Of a DNA stretch of 64,000 nt, positions 41,029 to 49,960 are shown piece after piece. Under the pieces are notes generated by a model, which did not search any database, had not been told where the DNA came from, and saw only the letters and a program-made list of their open reading frames with translations. Position 1 is the first letter of the stretch. The number at the start of each line of letters is the position of its first letter. The stretch lies in contig OY759729.1 in assembly GCA_963662585.1 (NCBI GenBank), forward strand, positions 2,976,001 to 3,040,000, given 5' to 3'. Both the position numbers and the translations under genes were made by a program. This DNA comes from Candidatus Cloacimonadales bacterium. Its GTDB lineage: Bacteria > Cloacimonadota > Cloacimonadia > Cloacimonadales > JAFGVF01.

Positions 41029-41094
41029 TTGCTCCTTCTCACTCAAGACAATAATTATTTGATTTTCAATTGTGATGACAGTAAAGGAGTAGAG
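41029..41094. repeat. 66-bp element, copy 2 (upstream of the hyd locus)
   Basis: 55/66 ungapped identity with 9872-9937, same orientation. Confidence 0.8.
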
Positions 41095-41285
41095 AAAGAT
41101 GAAAGAAAACAAGTAAAGAAATTGAAAAGTTGAAAAAGAGTAGGCCATAAAAATAATATCGATAAAAATATATTTTATGAGGCCTAATCTCAGAAAAATG
41201 AAAGAGATTAAAAAAAATAATATCAGAAAAAAGCCTATTAAATAAAGGGAAAATAATCTATTAATATAAAAATATCGAAAAAGTA

Positions 41286-41330
41286 TTGACACAAAAAGCG
41301 ACTATTGTATTACTGACATATCGATATATC
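41286..41330 (+). promoter_or_regulatory. Putative promoter of the second hydrogenase operon
   Basis: TTGACA.AAAAAG.G and ATCGATATA shared with 10091-10130. Confidence 0.5.
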
Positions 41331-41346
41331 AATAACGAAAAAGTAA

Positions 41347-41667
41347 ATGGAATTATTAACTCAAGAGAAGGAAGAAATTATGACTATAACAGTTTGTGCC
41401 GGAAGTTCTTGTAGCCACAGAGGCTCTCAAAAAGTTGTGGAGTACTTAGTTAATTATATCAGCATAAATTCTTTGCAGGATAAATGGAAGCTGAAAGCTT
41501 CATTTTGCATGAAAGATTGTGGAGAGCACTTTTGTGTTCAGATAGACGACTTCCGTCTAAAATTCCTTCCAAATGCAGACTATAAAAGGTTTTTTAAAGA
41601 ACTTCATAAGACAAATGACTTACCTAATATACCTGGTGTAACCTGGAGGAGACAAGATGATAAATAG
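41347..41667 (+). CDS. Thioredoxin-like [2Fe-2S] ferredoxin (HfsA-like)
   Basis: CAGSSC...FCMKDC pattern. Confidence 0.78.
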   Translation: MELLTQEKEEIMTITVCAGSSCSHRGSQKVVEYLVNYISINSLQDKWKLKASFCMKDCGEHFCVQIDDFRLKFLPNADYKRFFKELHKTNDLPNIPGVTWRRQDDK

Positions 41668-42157
41668 TAAATCACTCGCAGAAAAAATCATTGAAAAAGA
41701 TCCAAATGGATTAGTTGTTGTTGATGATGAATTGAGAATTGTGCAATTTAATAAAGCATTTCTCTCTATCTTCAATATTGTGCCAACCCATAAGATAATT
41801 GGGGAGAATGTTAATGATGTTTTGATGCAAGAAATCTTTCCTGGCAATGATATTACTAAAGAAAATGGCTCGGTAAAACATCATCATCGTACAGGAAAAT
41901 TCGTTAAGGCTGTTACTTTCAGAATAGATGAAGAAGACTTTTCAGCTTGTTTCTTTGTCAATATTACAGACTCTTTCCATAACAAAAGAAAACTTCAACT
42001 TATGAAAACAGAAACTATTAAGAAAGCTCAAGCTGTTATAGATAATCAAATGAGAGTAGCTCAGGAGATTGCAAGTTTACTTGGTGAAACAACAGCAGAA
42101 TCAAAAGTAACATTACTTCAATTAATGGATATTCTTAAAGAAGAAGGGGAGATTTAA
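41657..42157 (+). CDS. PAS + coiled-coil protein homologous to the HydS/HfsB C-terminus, with no H-cluster domain
   Basis: PAS 'PNGLVVVD...FNKAF'; 'AQAVIDNQMRVAQEIASLLGETTAE' matches the tail of 10410-12134. Confidence 0.8.
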   Translation: MINSKSLAEKIIEKDPNGLVVVDDELRIVQFNKAFLSIFNIVPTHKIIGENVNDVLMQEIFPGNDITKENGSVKHHHRTGKFVKAVTFRIDEEDFSACFFVNITDSFHNKRKLQLMKTETIKKAQAVIDNQMRVAQEIASLLGETTAESKVTLLQLMDILKEEGEI

Positions 42158-42158
42158 A

Positions 42159-43346
42159 GTGTTCTCTAAAAGAAAAGAAGCCAAGATGTGGGATTTGCAC
42201 TTGGAAATTGCAAAATCTCAACTAATCAAGCATAAAGAAATATTATGTGGAGACTCCATCATTATAGATAAAGATTATGAGAGAGAGACTGCTTCAATAA
42301 TTCTTTCAGATGGATTAGGAAGTGGGGTAAAGGCAAATATTCTTTCTACTTTAACAACAAAAATTATCTCTGTAATGCTTCAGAACTGTCGTAATATTGA
42401 TGAAATAGTTGATACTTTGACAGATACTCTTCCGACCTGTAATGTGAGAAAATTAGCTTATAGCACCTTCTCAGTGGCTCAATTTCTTCCTGATGGAAAG
42501 CTTCAATTAGTAGAATATGATAATCCACCTGCTTTCTTTGTTCGTAAGGGAAAAGTTTTAAAACTAGATTACCAAACACGAGAGATAAATGGTAAGAAAA
42601 TCAATGAAACTACTCTCGAAGTTCAAGAGGGCGATCTTTTAATCTTTGTTTCTGATGGAGAAACTCATGCTGGTATCGGTGGTATTTGGAATCTAGGTTG
42701 GGGCTGGGAACATATAGCTGAATTTATTGAAAGAATAAGCAAGAAAGCTATGACTGCTAAAGAGATAGCTTTTGAAATTACTAATGTTGCTAATGAACTT
42801 TATGCTAAAGAACCAGGAGATGATACTTCAGCTGTAGTAGTGAAGATTAGAAAGAAGAATTTTGCTACTATGTTAGTGGGAGCACCTCAGAATCCAGATA
42901 ATGATAAAGAGATTGTTAATAAATTAGTCAAAGGTGAAGGACACAAGATAATCTGTGGTGGAACTACTAGTAATATCGTAGCTAGAGAGATGAATGAAAA
43001 GCTAGAAGTAGATTTAGCTACAATTCAAACAGGTATTCCTCCAATCGGAATTATTAAAGGGATAGATTTATGTACTGAAGGCATTATTACCATAAGTCAT
43101 GCTCTTGAACTATTAAAATCAAATCCTAATTACAAGAGATTAGAAATCAATTATGATGGCGTAAGTCGTTTAGTTAGAGAGCTTCTCTTAGCAGATGAAA
43201 TAACCATGATGATTGGTCAATCTTTAAATAGTGCTCACCAAACTTCTAATATGCCAAAAGAGTTTGGAATGAAAAGAAAAATTATGGAATCTATTTCAGA
43301 TTACTTAACTGATATGGGTAAAGTGGTTCATTTAGAATATTACTAA
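42159..43346 (+). CDS. SpoIIE/PP2C-family phosphatase (HfsC-like paralog)
   Basis: 'LCGD', 'LSDGLGSGV', 'VSDG', 'DDTS', 'ICGGTT'. Confidence 0.9.
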   Translation: MFSKRKEAKMWDLHLEIAKSQLIKHKEILCGDSIIIDKDYERETASIILSDGLGSGVKANILSTLTTKIISVMLQNCRNIDEIVDTLTDTLPTCNVRKLAYSTFSVAQFLPDGKLQLVEYDNPPAFFVRKGKVLKLDYQTREINGKKINETTLEVQEGDLLIFVSDGETHAGIGGIWNLGWGWEHIAEFIERISKKAMTAKEIAFEITNVANELYAKEPGDDTSAVVVKIRKKNFATMLVGAPQNPDNDKEIVNKLVKGEGHKIICGGTTSNIVAREMNEKLEVDLATIQTGIPPIGIIKGIDLCTEGIITISHALELLKSNPNYKRLEINYDGVSRLVRELLLADEITMMIGQSLNSAHQTSNMPKEFGMKRKIMESISDYLTDMGKVVHLEYY

Positions 43347-43424
43347 AAAAAAATACTTATGTAACTGTTGCGGAGCAAATTACATAATTACAAAATATAA
43401 AAAACATAAAATAAAAAAAACTAA

Positions 43425-43940
43425 ATGGAGGAGTCGATGCATAAGACAAAGACTGTTCAAGAACCTTTGAGAAATTTTGCAAAGGTAAAGGAAATAATTG
43501 AAAAGTATGGTACAGAAAGAAGCGCTTTAATCCCTGTATTACAAGCAATTCAAGGTGAATTTAGATATTTACCACAAGAGATGTTATCATTTGTAGCAAC
43601 TGCTATGGGAATTCCTCAAGCTGAGGTTTTTGGAGTAGCAACATTTTATGCTCAATTCTCAACTCAACCAAAAGGAAAGCACATTGTGCAAGTTTGTGAT
43701 GGTACAGCTTGTCATGTTAGAGGTGCTTCTGATATTATTAAAAAATTCAAAAAAGATCTTCAAATTCCTGAAGGCAAAACCACAACAGATGATTTATATG
43801 TTACATTAGAAACAGTATCTTGTCTAGGTGCTTGTGCTTTAGCTCCAGCAGTTGTTGTTGATGGCAGAGTATATGGCAATGTCAATTTTGAAGATGTAGC
43901 TAAAATTATTGTAACTATGAAGGAGAGCGACGATGAGTAA
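43425..43940 (+). CDS. hydC: Bifurcating [FeFe] hydrogenase gamma subunit (NuoE-like)
   Basis: 'CDGTACHVRG', 'CLGACALAP'. Confidence 0.9.
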   Translation: MEESMHKTKTVQEPLRNFAKVKEIIEKYGTERSALIPVLQAIQGEFRYLPQEMLSFVATAMGIPQAEVFGVATFYAQFSTQPKGKHIVQVCDGTACHVRGASDIIKKFKKDLQIPEGKTTTDDLYVTLETVSCLGACALAPAVVVDGRVYGNVNFEDVAKIIVTMKESDDE

Positions 43941-45858
43941 GATATTTGAAGAATTAACTCTTGAAGCAGTAAATACACCTAAAATACCTTGCCGTGAATT
44001 CATTAATGCCAAATTGGGATTAGTTGAACTTAGTGATGAAAAGATTAAATTAGCTGAAGAATTATCTACAATTTATAGAAGAGAATCAGGTGTCTTTGAT
44101 TGTCAGATTGCTCTTTGTAAAGGAACAGGATGTCACTCTTCAGGAGAAGTAGCTCTCTGGGAAAAAATTGACCAAGTATTAAGAGAAAAAGGTATTAGAG
44201 ATAAGGTTAATATCGTAGAAACAGGTTGCCGTGGATTCTGTGAAATGGGTCCATTAGTGGAAATCTTCCCTCAACACATCTTCTACTGTAAAGTAAAACC
44301 AGAAAATATTGAAGATATTATTACCAAAACAGTTATGAATAATGAAGTAATTGAAGAATTACTATTTGATGGTATTCCAATTGCTGAACAGATTCCATTC
44401 TATAAAAAACAAGTAAGAAGAGTGTTAAAAGAATCAGGACATGTAAATCCTGAAAATATCAATGACTCAATAGTTCATGAAGCTTATCAAGGTTTCTTAA
44501 AAGCAACTCAAATGACTCCTGAAGATGTTATTGATACAATGAAACAATCAGGATTAAGAGGTCGTGGTGGTGGAGGATTCTCAACAGGTTTGAAATGGGA
44601 ATTCACAAGAGCAACACCTTCTGAAAAGAAATATATTATTTGTAATGCAGATGAGGGCGACCCAGGTGCTTTCATGGATAGATCACTCTTAGAAGGTGAC
44701 CCACACAAAATTATCGAAGGTATGATGATTGCTGGTTATGCTATTGGTGCTGATGAAGGCTATATCTATGTTAGAGCTGAATATCCATTAGCAATTCACA
44801 GATTAGAGATTGCCATTGCTCAGTGTAAAGAGTTTGGTATCTTAGGTGAAAATATTCTAGGAACTGGATTTAACTTCAAGTTAAAAATCAAACAGGGTGC
44901 AGGTGCATTCGTATGTGGTGAAGAGACAGCTTTAATATCTTCTATTGAAGGTAAAAGAGGTATGCCAACTGTAAAACCTCCATTCCCATCAACTAGTGGT
45001 CTCTTCGGCAAACCTACAAGTATCAATAATGTGGAAACATTCGCTAATGTTCCTCTTATTCTTAACAATGGTGTAGCTTGGTTCAGACAAGTTGGTACAC
45101 CTAAATCAGCTGGTACTAAAGTATTTGCAATGACAGGTAAAATCAGAAACACAGGTCTTGTAGAAGTTCCAATGGGAATTACTCTAAGAGAGATTGTTTT
45201 TGAAATCGGTGGTGGCTTAAAAGACGGAGCTAAATTCAAAGCAGCTCAGATTGGTGGTCCATCAGGTGGATGTTTAACAGAAGAACATTTAGATATGCCA
45301 TTAGATTATGATTCATTACAGGCTGCTGGTGCAATGGTTGGTTCTGGTGGATTAGTTATTCTTGATGACAAAACATGTATGGTTGAGACTGCTAGATACT
45401 TCATGAGTTTTACTCAGAATGAATCATGTGGTAAATGTATTCCTTGTCGCGAAGGAACAGGTAGAATGCTAGAAATCATGGAAAGAATCGTTATCGGAAA
45501 AGGTAAAATGGAAGATATCGACCTTTTGGAAGAGTTAGCTCATACTATCAAAGATGCAAGTCTTTGTGGATTAGGTAAAACAGCTCCAAACCCGGTTCTT
45601 TCAACCTTGCAATACTTCCATGAAGAATATCTTGCTCACATCAATGAGCAACGCTGTCCTGCTGGAGAATGTGCTTCCTTAAGAGTATTCGAAATTGTAC
45701 CTGAATTATGTAAAGGTTGTTCAAAATGTGCTAGAATATGTCCTAATGATGCTATCACTGGAGAAATCAAAAAACCTTATATCATCAATCAAGAAAAATG
45801 TATCAAGTGTGGCGCTTGTGAATCTGCATGCCCATTCAATGCTATTAAAGTTGGATAG
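43933..45858 (+). CDS. hydB: Bifurcating [FeFe] hydrogenase beta subunit (NuoF-like, FMN/NADH)
   Basis: 'LRGRGGGGF', 'NADEGDPGAFMDR', 'CGKCIPCREG', C-terminal 2x[4Fe-4S]. Confidence 0.93.
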   Translation: MSKIFEELTLEAVNTPKIPCREFINAKLGLVELSDEKIKLAEELSTIYRRESGVFDCQIALCKGTGCHSSGEVALWEKIDQVLREKGIRDKVNIVETGCRGFCEMGPLVEIFPQHIFYCKVKPENIEDIITKTVMNNEVIEELLFDGIPIAEQIPFYKKQVRRVLKESGHVNPENINDSIVHEAYQGFLKATQMTPEDVIDTMKQSGLRGRGGGGFSTGLKWEFTRATPSEKKYIICNADEGDPGAFMDRSLLEGDPHKIIEGMMIAGYAIGADEGYIYVRAEYPLAIHRLEIAIAQCKEFGILGENILGTGFNFKLKIKQGAGAFVCGEETALISSIEGKRGMPTVKPPFPSTSGLFGKPTSINNVETFANVPLILNNGVAWFRQVGTPKSAGTKVFAMTGKIRNTGLVEVPMGITLREIVFEIGGGLKDGAKFKAAQIGGPSGGCLTEEHLDMPLDYDSLQAAGAMVGSGGLVILDDKTCMVETARYFMSFTQNESCGKCIPCREGTGRMLEIMERIVIGKGKMEDIDLLEELAHTIKDASLCGLGKTAPNPVLSTLQYFHEEYLAHINEQRCPAGECASLRVFEIVPELCKGCSKCARICPNDAITGEIKKPYIINQEKCIKCGACESACPFNAIKVG

Positions 45859-45867
45859 GAGAGAAAA

Positions 45868-47886
45868 ATGACATATCAATATATGGAAGTAAATAATAAA
45901 AAAGTTGAAATTACCGGAAACGAAAAGAATATATTAGAAGTTGTACGCAATATGGGTATTGAAATCCCTACCTTCTGTTATCACTCAGAACTTTCTGTTT
46001 ATGGTGCCTGCAGAATGTGTATGGTGGAAGATGAAAGAGGAAACTTAGTTGCTTCTTGTTCCTTAAAACCACAAGCTGGAATGAAGATTAAAACTCATTC
46101 CAAGAAAATTATGAATACTAGAAGAATGATTTTAGAACTTCTTTTAGCTAATCATCACCAAGATTGTACAACTTGTGAAAAGAGTGGAAATTGTAAGCTT
46201 CAAGAACTTGCTGTTAATATGGGAGTTAAGAAAGTTAGATTTAAACCACGCAAGCCTTGGCAAGATATCGATACTTCCTCAGCTAGTATCGTTAGAGACC
46301 CTAATAAATGTATCCTTTGTGGTGATTGTGTTAGAATGTGTTCTGAAGTTCAAGGTGTTGGTGTGCTAGGCTTCATCAATAGAGGACCTGAAATTAATGT
46401 AGTTCCTGCTTTTGATAAACCAATTGCAGATGTTGATTGTGTGAATTGTGGTCAATGTGTTAGTATCTGTCCAACAGGTGCTTTAACAATCAAAGATGAT
46501 ACTATGAAAGTATGGGAAGCCTTGATTGATCCTAAGAAAAAAGTAGTAGTTCAAATTGCTCCTGCAGTTAGAGTTGCTATTGGTGAAGAATTTAATCACA
46601 CTGAAGGTGCTAACTATCTTTATAAGAGTGTTGCAGCCTTAAAAATGATGGGTGCGGATTATGTTTTCGATACTTCTTTTAGTGCAGACTTAACAGTCGT
46701 TGAAGAAGCATCAGAATTCTTAAATAGAGTTGTTAAAGGGGAAAAACTTCCTCAATTTACATCATGTTGTCCTGGTTGGGTGACTTACGCAGAGAAAAAC
46801 TGTCCAGATCTATTAAGTAACTTATCATCGTGTAAGTCACCTCAACAAATGTTCGGCGCTGTATTCAAAAAGTTCTTTGCGAAGAAAATGAATATTCCAA
46901 CCGAAGAAATGTTCGTTGTTTCAGTAATGCCTTGTACAGCTAAGAAATTCGAAGCTGATAGACCTGAAATGTCTACTGATAGCTACCAAGATGTTGATGC
47001 TGTAATCACAACAGTTGAATTAGCAAGAATGATTAGAAAAATGGGTATCCAATTCGAGGAATTAGAACCAGCTTCATTAGATATGCCTTTTGGTTTCTCT
47101 TCAGGTGCTGGGGTAATCTTCGGAACTTCAGGTGGTGTTGCTGAAGCTGCTTTGAGATATGCAACTGAAAAACTTACTGGTGAAACACTCAATGAAGTTA
47201 ACTTCAAAGAAGTAAGAGGCTTAGCAGGACTAAAAGAAGCCACTTTCAATATCCAAGGTAGAGATATAAAATTAGCTGTTGTCTCAGGATTAGCTAATAC
47301 TCAAGCCTTGATTGAAAGAATCAGAAATAAAGAAGTAAATTATGACTTCGTTGAAGTTATGGCTTGCCCAGGTGGCTGTATCGGTGGTGGTGGACAACCT
47401 GTTCCTAATACTACTGATGCTAGAATGAATAGATCAAAAGGCTTATATGACATTGATGCTAAATCAACTGTTAAAAAGTCTCAAAATAACCCTACCATCG
47501 AAAAGTTATATGACGAATGGTTAAAAACTCCTAATAGTGATGAAGCTCATTACGCACTTCACACTCACTACGGTCACAAGAAAAGGATCGGAGGAATGGA
47601 GATTAAAGATGAAGAAAAAGATGCATCGATAGAAAAGATAGTTATCTCTGTCTGTGTAGGCACAAATTGTTACCTAAAAGGTTCTTATGATGTGCTTCAA
47701 GAATTAATCACTCTTGCTCAAAAACATGGAATCGATGATAAAGTTGAATTTAAAGGAACTTTCTGCCTTGAAAATTGTAGTAATGGTCCTTCAATCAAAG
47801 TCTCTGATGACCTCCATAAATATGGTATTCAAAAAGATGAGACAGAGAAATTCTTCACTAATGTAGTACTTCCGCGTGTTAAATAG
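45868..47886 (+). CDS. hydA: Bifurcating [FeFe] hydrogenase catalytic subunit (group A3) with a C-terminal [2Fe-2S] domain
   Basis: TSCCPGW, MPCTAKKFE, EVMACPGGCIGGGGQP; C-terminal CVGTNC...CLENC. Confidence 0.95.
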   Translation: MTYQYMEVNNKKVEITGNEKNILEVVRNMGIEIPTFCYHSELSVYGACRMCMVEDERGNLVASCSLKPQAGMKIKTHSKKIMNTRRMILELLLANHHQDCTTCEKSGNCKLQELAVNMGVKKVRFKPRKPWQDIDTSSASIVRDPNKCILCGDCVRMCSEVQGVGVLGFINRGPEINVVPAFDKPIADVDCVNCGQCVSICPTGALTIKDDTMKVWEALIDPKKKVVVQIAPAVRVAIGEEFNHTEGANYLYKSVAALKMMGADYVFDTSFSADLTVVEEASEFLNRVVKGEKLPQFTSCCPGWVTYAEKNCPDLLSNLSSCKSPQQMFGAVFKKFFAKKMNIPTEEMFVVSVMPCTAKKFEADRPEMSTDSYQDVDAVITTVELARMIRKMGIQFEELEPASLDMPFGFSSGAGVIFGTSGGVAEAALRYATEKLTGETLNEVNFKEVRGLAGLKEATFNIQGRDIKLAVVSGLANTQALIERIRNKEVNYDFVEVMACPGGCIGGGGQPVPNTTDARMNRSKGLYDIDAKSTVKKSQNNPTIEKLYDEWLKTPNSDEAHYALHTHYGHKKRIGGMEIKDEEKDASIEKIVISVCVGTNCYLKGSYDVLQELITLAQKHGIDDKVEFKGTFCLENCSNGPSIKVSDDLHKYGIQKDETEKFFTNVVLPRVK

Positions 47887-47913
47887 AGAATTGTCTCCCA
47901 ATTCCATTTAGTT

Positions 47914-47940
47914 AAAAGCTCCCGCAGGGGGGCTTTTTTT
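47914..47940 (+). terminator. Rho-independent terminator after hydA
   Basis: AAAAGCTCCC-GCA-GGGGGGCTTTTTTT. Confidence 0.85.
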
Positions 47941-48153
47941 CTAAAATCTATGTATGGGCTGGAAGTCCTATAACGGGGAATATACGGGCATCTCGGCCAG
48001 AGTACAGCACTATAAAAATGAACCATTCTAGCAGCTCCGGAGAGCTAAGAAGATTTTGAAGTTTCTTGATTTACTATTAGATTTAGTTCCCACTCTACTT
48101 GAGAGAGAACCATTTATATTTGTAGGAGCCTATTGACATAGGCCCTCAAAGAT

Positions 48154-48306
48154 AAACACCCCGTCTGCTTCGCAGCCACCCCTCTTTTACCGTACTTTCA
48201 GCACTAAAGAGGGGAGTTTAAGATTCACGGACTAAAGGTCCGTAACCCCAGGAATTCAAGAGTATGATAAGCCCTCTTCTGTCTGACGGTGGAGATTCTC
48301 TCCGCC
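48154..48306. repeat. Cluster of single REP-like copies from several families
   Basis: CACCCCGTCTGCTTCGCAGCCACCCCTCTTT...AAAGAGGGG; 48223-48251 is the exact reverse complement of 27113-27141; 48273-48306 matches 2996-3029. Confidence 0.7.
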
Positions 48307-48346
48307 CCAAGCTAATAGCTTGGCTATTCTTAAAATCCCAATAAAT

Positions 48347-48539
48347 ACTTTCTTTCGTCCGAAGTCCCTTGCCTACGGCTGAGGAACTCCGGTCTCCAAA
48401 ACTTTATGACTGGAGTTGCTCACGAAGTAGCGACTTCCGACAAATCAACTTTTTCGTCCGAAGTCCCTTGCCTACGGCTGAGGAACTCCGGTCTCCAACT
48501 CTTTATGACGGGAGTTGCTCACGAAGTAGCGACTTCCGA
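48347..48539. repeat. Tandem ~99-bp palindromic repeat, left arm (2 units)
   Basis: GTCCGAAGT at 48357 and 48456; abuts the transposase stop codon. Confidence 0.92.
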
Positions 48540-49142
48540 TTATTTACTATGTCTGGTCTCCTCCTCAAGATCAAACATAAGTTCATAAAATTTAATATCG
48601 TTCAAATATTTTTCATAATCATTAATTGTTTTAGAGTAATCACAAAAAACATCAGGATAATCATTTATCAGTTGCTTTGAAAAAAGAGTTCCATCCCTTT
48701 CTCTTAAGTATTCCAGATAGTTGGAGAATTGCCAATTGGATAAATCAGATACTAGATCTGCCTTTTGAGGATTAAAATGTATATATTGGCATAATGTAAT
48801 TAAATAATTATCAGTATGAAGTTGTTTGTGTTGGAGTTTGCCAGCAAACAGTTTTCCGTTTCGTTTATATTTATTATTGTAATACATTGAATAAGATGTG
48901 TTTACTTTATTGAATACATTCCAAATTGGATATTCTGAGTTTTGTCTGATACAAAAATGAAAATGGTTTGGCATTAAGCAATAAGCATAAATCTCAAAAT
49001 TACTATCAGAAATATTCTTCTTAAATTTTTTAAGATAATATTGATAATCATCAGCATCATAATATAATAATGTGTTTGCAACTGCTCGATTATAAATATG
49101 AAAAACTGAACCTTCAATAAATTCTTCTTTTTTGCATCTCAT
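48540..49142 (-). CDS. REP-associated tyrosine transposase (RAYT, Y1/HUH)
   Basis: 'FHIYNRAV', 'YAYCLMPNHFHF' (HUH), 'YIHFNPQKA', 'WQFSNY'; likely start MRCKK at 49142 with GGAGA RBS. Confidence 0.9.
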   Translation of the reverse strand: MRCKKEEFIEGSVFHIYNRAVANTLLYYDADDYQYYLKKFKKNISDSNFEIYAYCLMPNHFHFCIRQNSEYPIWNVFNKVNTSYSMYYNNKYKRNGKLFAGKLQHKQLHTDNYLITLCQYIHFNPQKADLVSDLSNWQFSNYLEYLRERDGTLFSKQLINDYPDVFCDYSKTINDYEKYLNDIKFYELMFDLEEETRHSK

Positions 49143-49163
49143 ACATTCTCCAATTTTTTTAAT

Positions 49164-49960
49164 GTCGGGAGTTGCTTTTTCTTTCGTCCGATGACGGGAG
49201 TTGCTCACGAAGTAGCGACTTCCGACAACTCACTTTCTTTCGTCCGAAGAACTCCGGTCTCCAACTCTTTATGACGGGAGTTGCTCACGAAGTAGCGACT
49301 TCCGACAACTCATTTTCTTTCGTCCGATGACGGGAGTTGCTTTTTCTTTCGTCCGAAGTTCCTTGCCTAGGGCTGAGGAACTCCGGTGTCCAACTCTTTA
49401 TGACGGGAGTTGCTCACGAAGTAGCGACTTCCGACAAATCAACTTTTTCGTCCGAAGTCCCTTGCCTAGGGCTGAGGAACTCCGGTCTCCAAAACTTTAT
49501 GACTGGAGTTGCTCACGAAGTAGCGACTTCCGACAAATCAACTTTTTCGTCCGAAGTCCCTTGCCTAGGGCTGAGGAACTCCGGTCTCCAAAACTTTATG
49601 ACGGGAGTTGCTTTTTCTTTCGTCCGAAGTCCCTTGCCTAGGGCTGAGGAACTCCGGTCTCCAAAACTTTATGACGGGAGTTGCTCACGAAGTAGCGACT
49701 TCCGACAACTCACTTTCTTTCGTCCGAAGTCCCTTGCCTAGGGCTGAGGAACTCCGGTCTCCAAAACTTTATGACGGGAGTTGCTCACGAAGTAGCGACT
49801 TCCGACAACTCACTTTCTTTCGTCCGAAGTCCCTTGCCTAGGGCTGAGGAACTCCGGTCTCCAAAACTTTATGACGGGAGTTGCTCACGAAGTAGCGACT
49901 TCCGACAACTCACTTTCTTTCGTCCGAAGTCCCTTGCCTACGGCTGAGGAACTCCGGTCT
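49164..49960. repeat. Tandem 99-100-bp palindromic repeat, right arm (about 6 units plus deleted variants)
   Basis: CGTCCGAAGT at 49449, 49548, 49621, 49721, 49821, 49921; each unit holds two hairpins. Confidence 0.95.

Noticed and set aside
41005..41292. 95-aa hydrophobic minus-strand ORF
   Set aside because: Low-complexity antisense reading of an A-rich promoter region; its start coincides with the -35 box.
43425..45858. Respiratory complex I nuoE/nuoF
   Set aside because: Followed by an H-cluster-containing HydA with no membrane nuo genes, so these are hydrogenase subunits.
49143..49208. N-terminal extension of the RAYT in the ORF track
   Set aside because: It lies in repeat DNA; the ATG at 49142 has a proper RBS.
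49327..49841. Plus-strand ORFs with repeated peptides (also 48369-48680 and 48406-48588)
   Set aside because: Translations of the tandem DNA repeat in several frames, with no RBS.
48347..49960. CRISPR array
   Set aside because: Units are near-identical over their whole length with no unique spacers, and there are no cas genes in the window.
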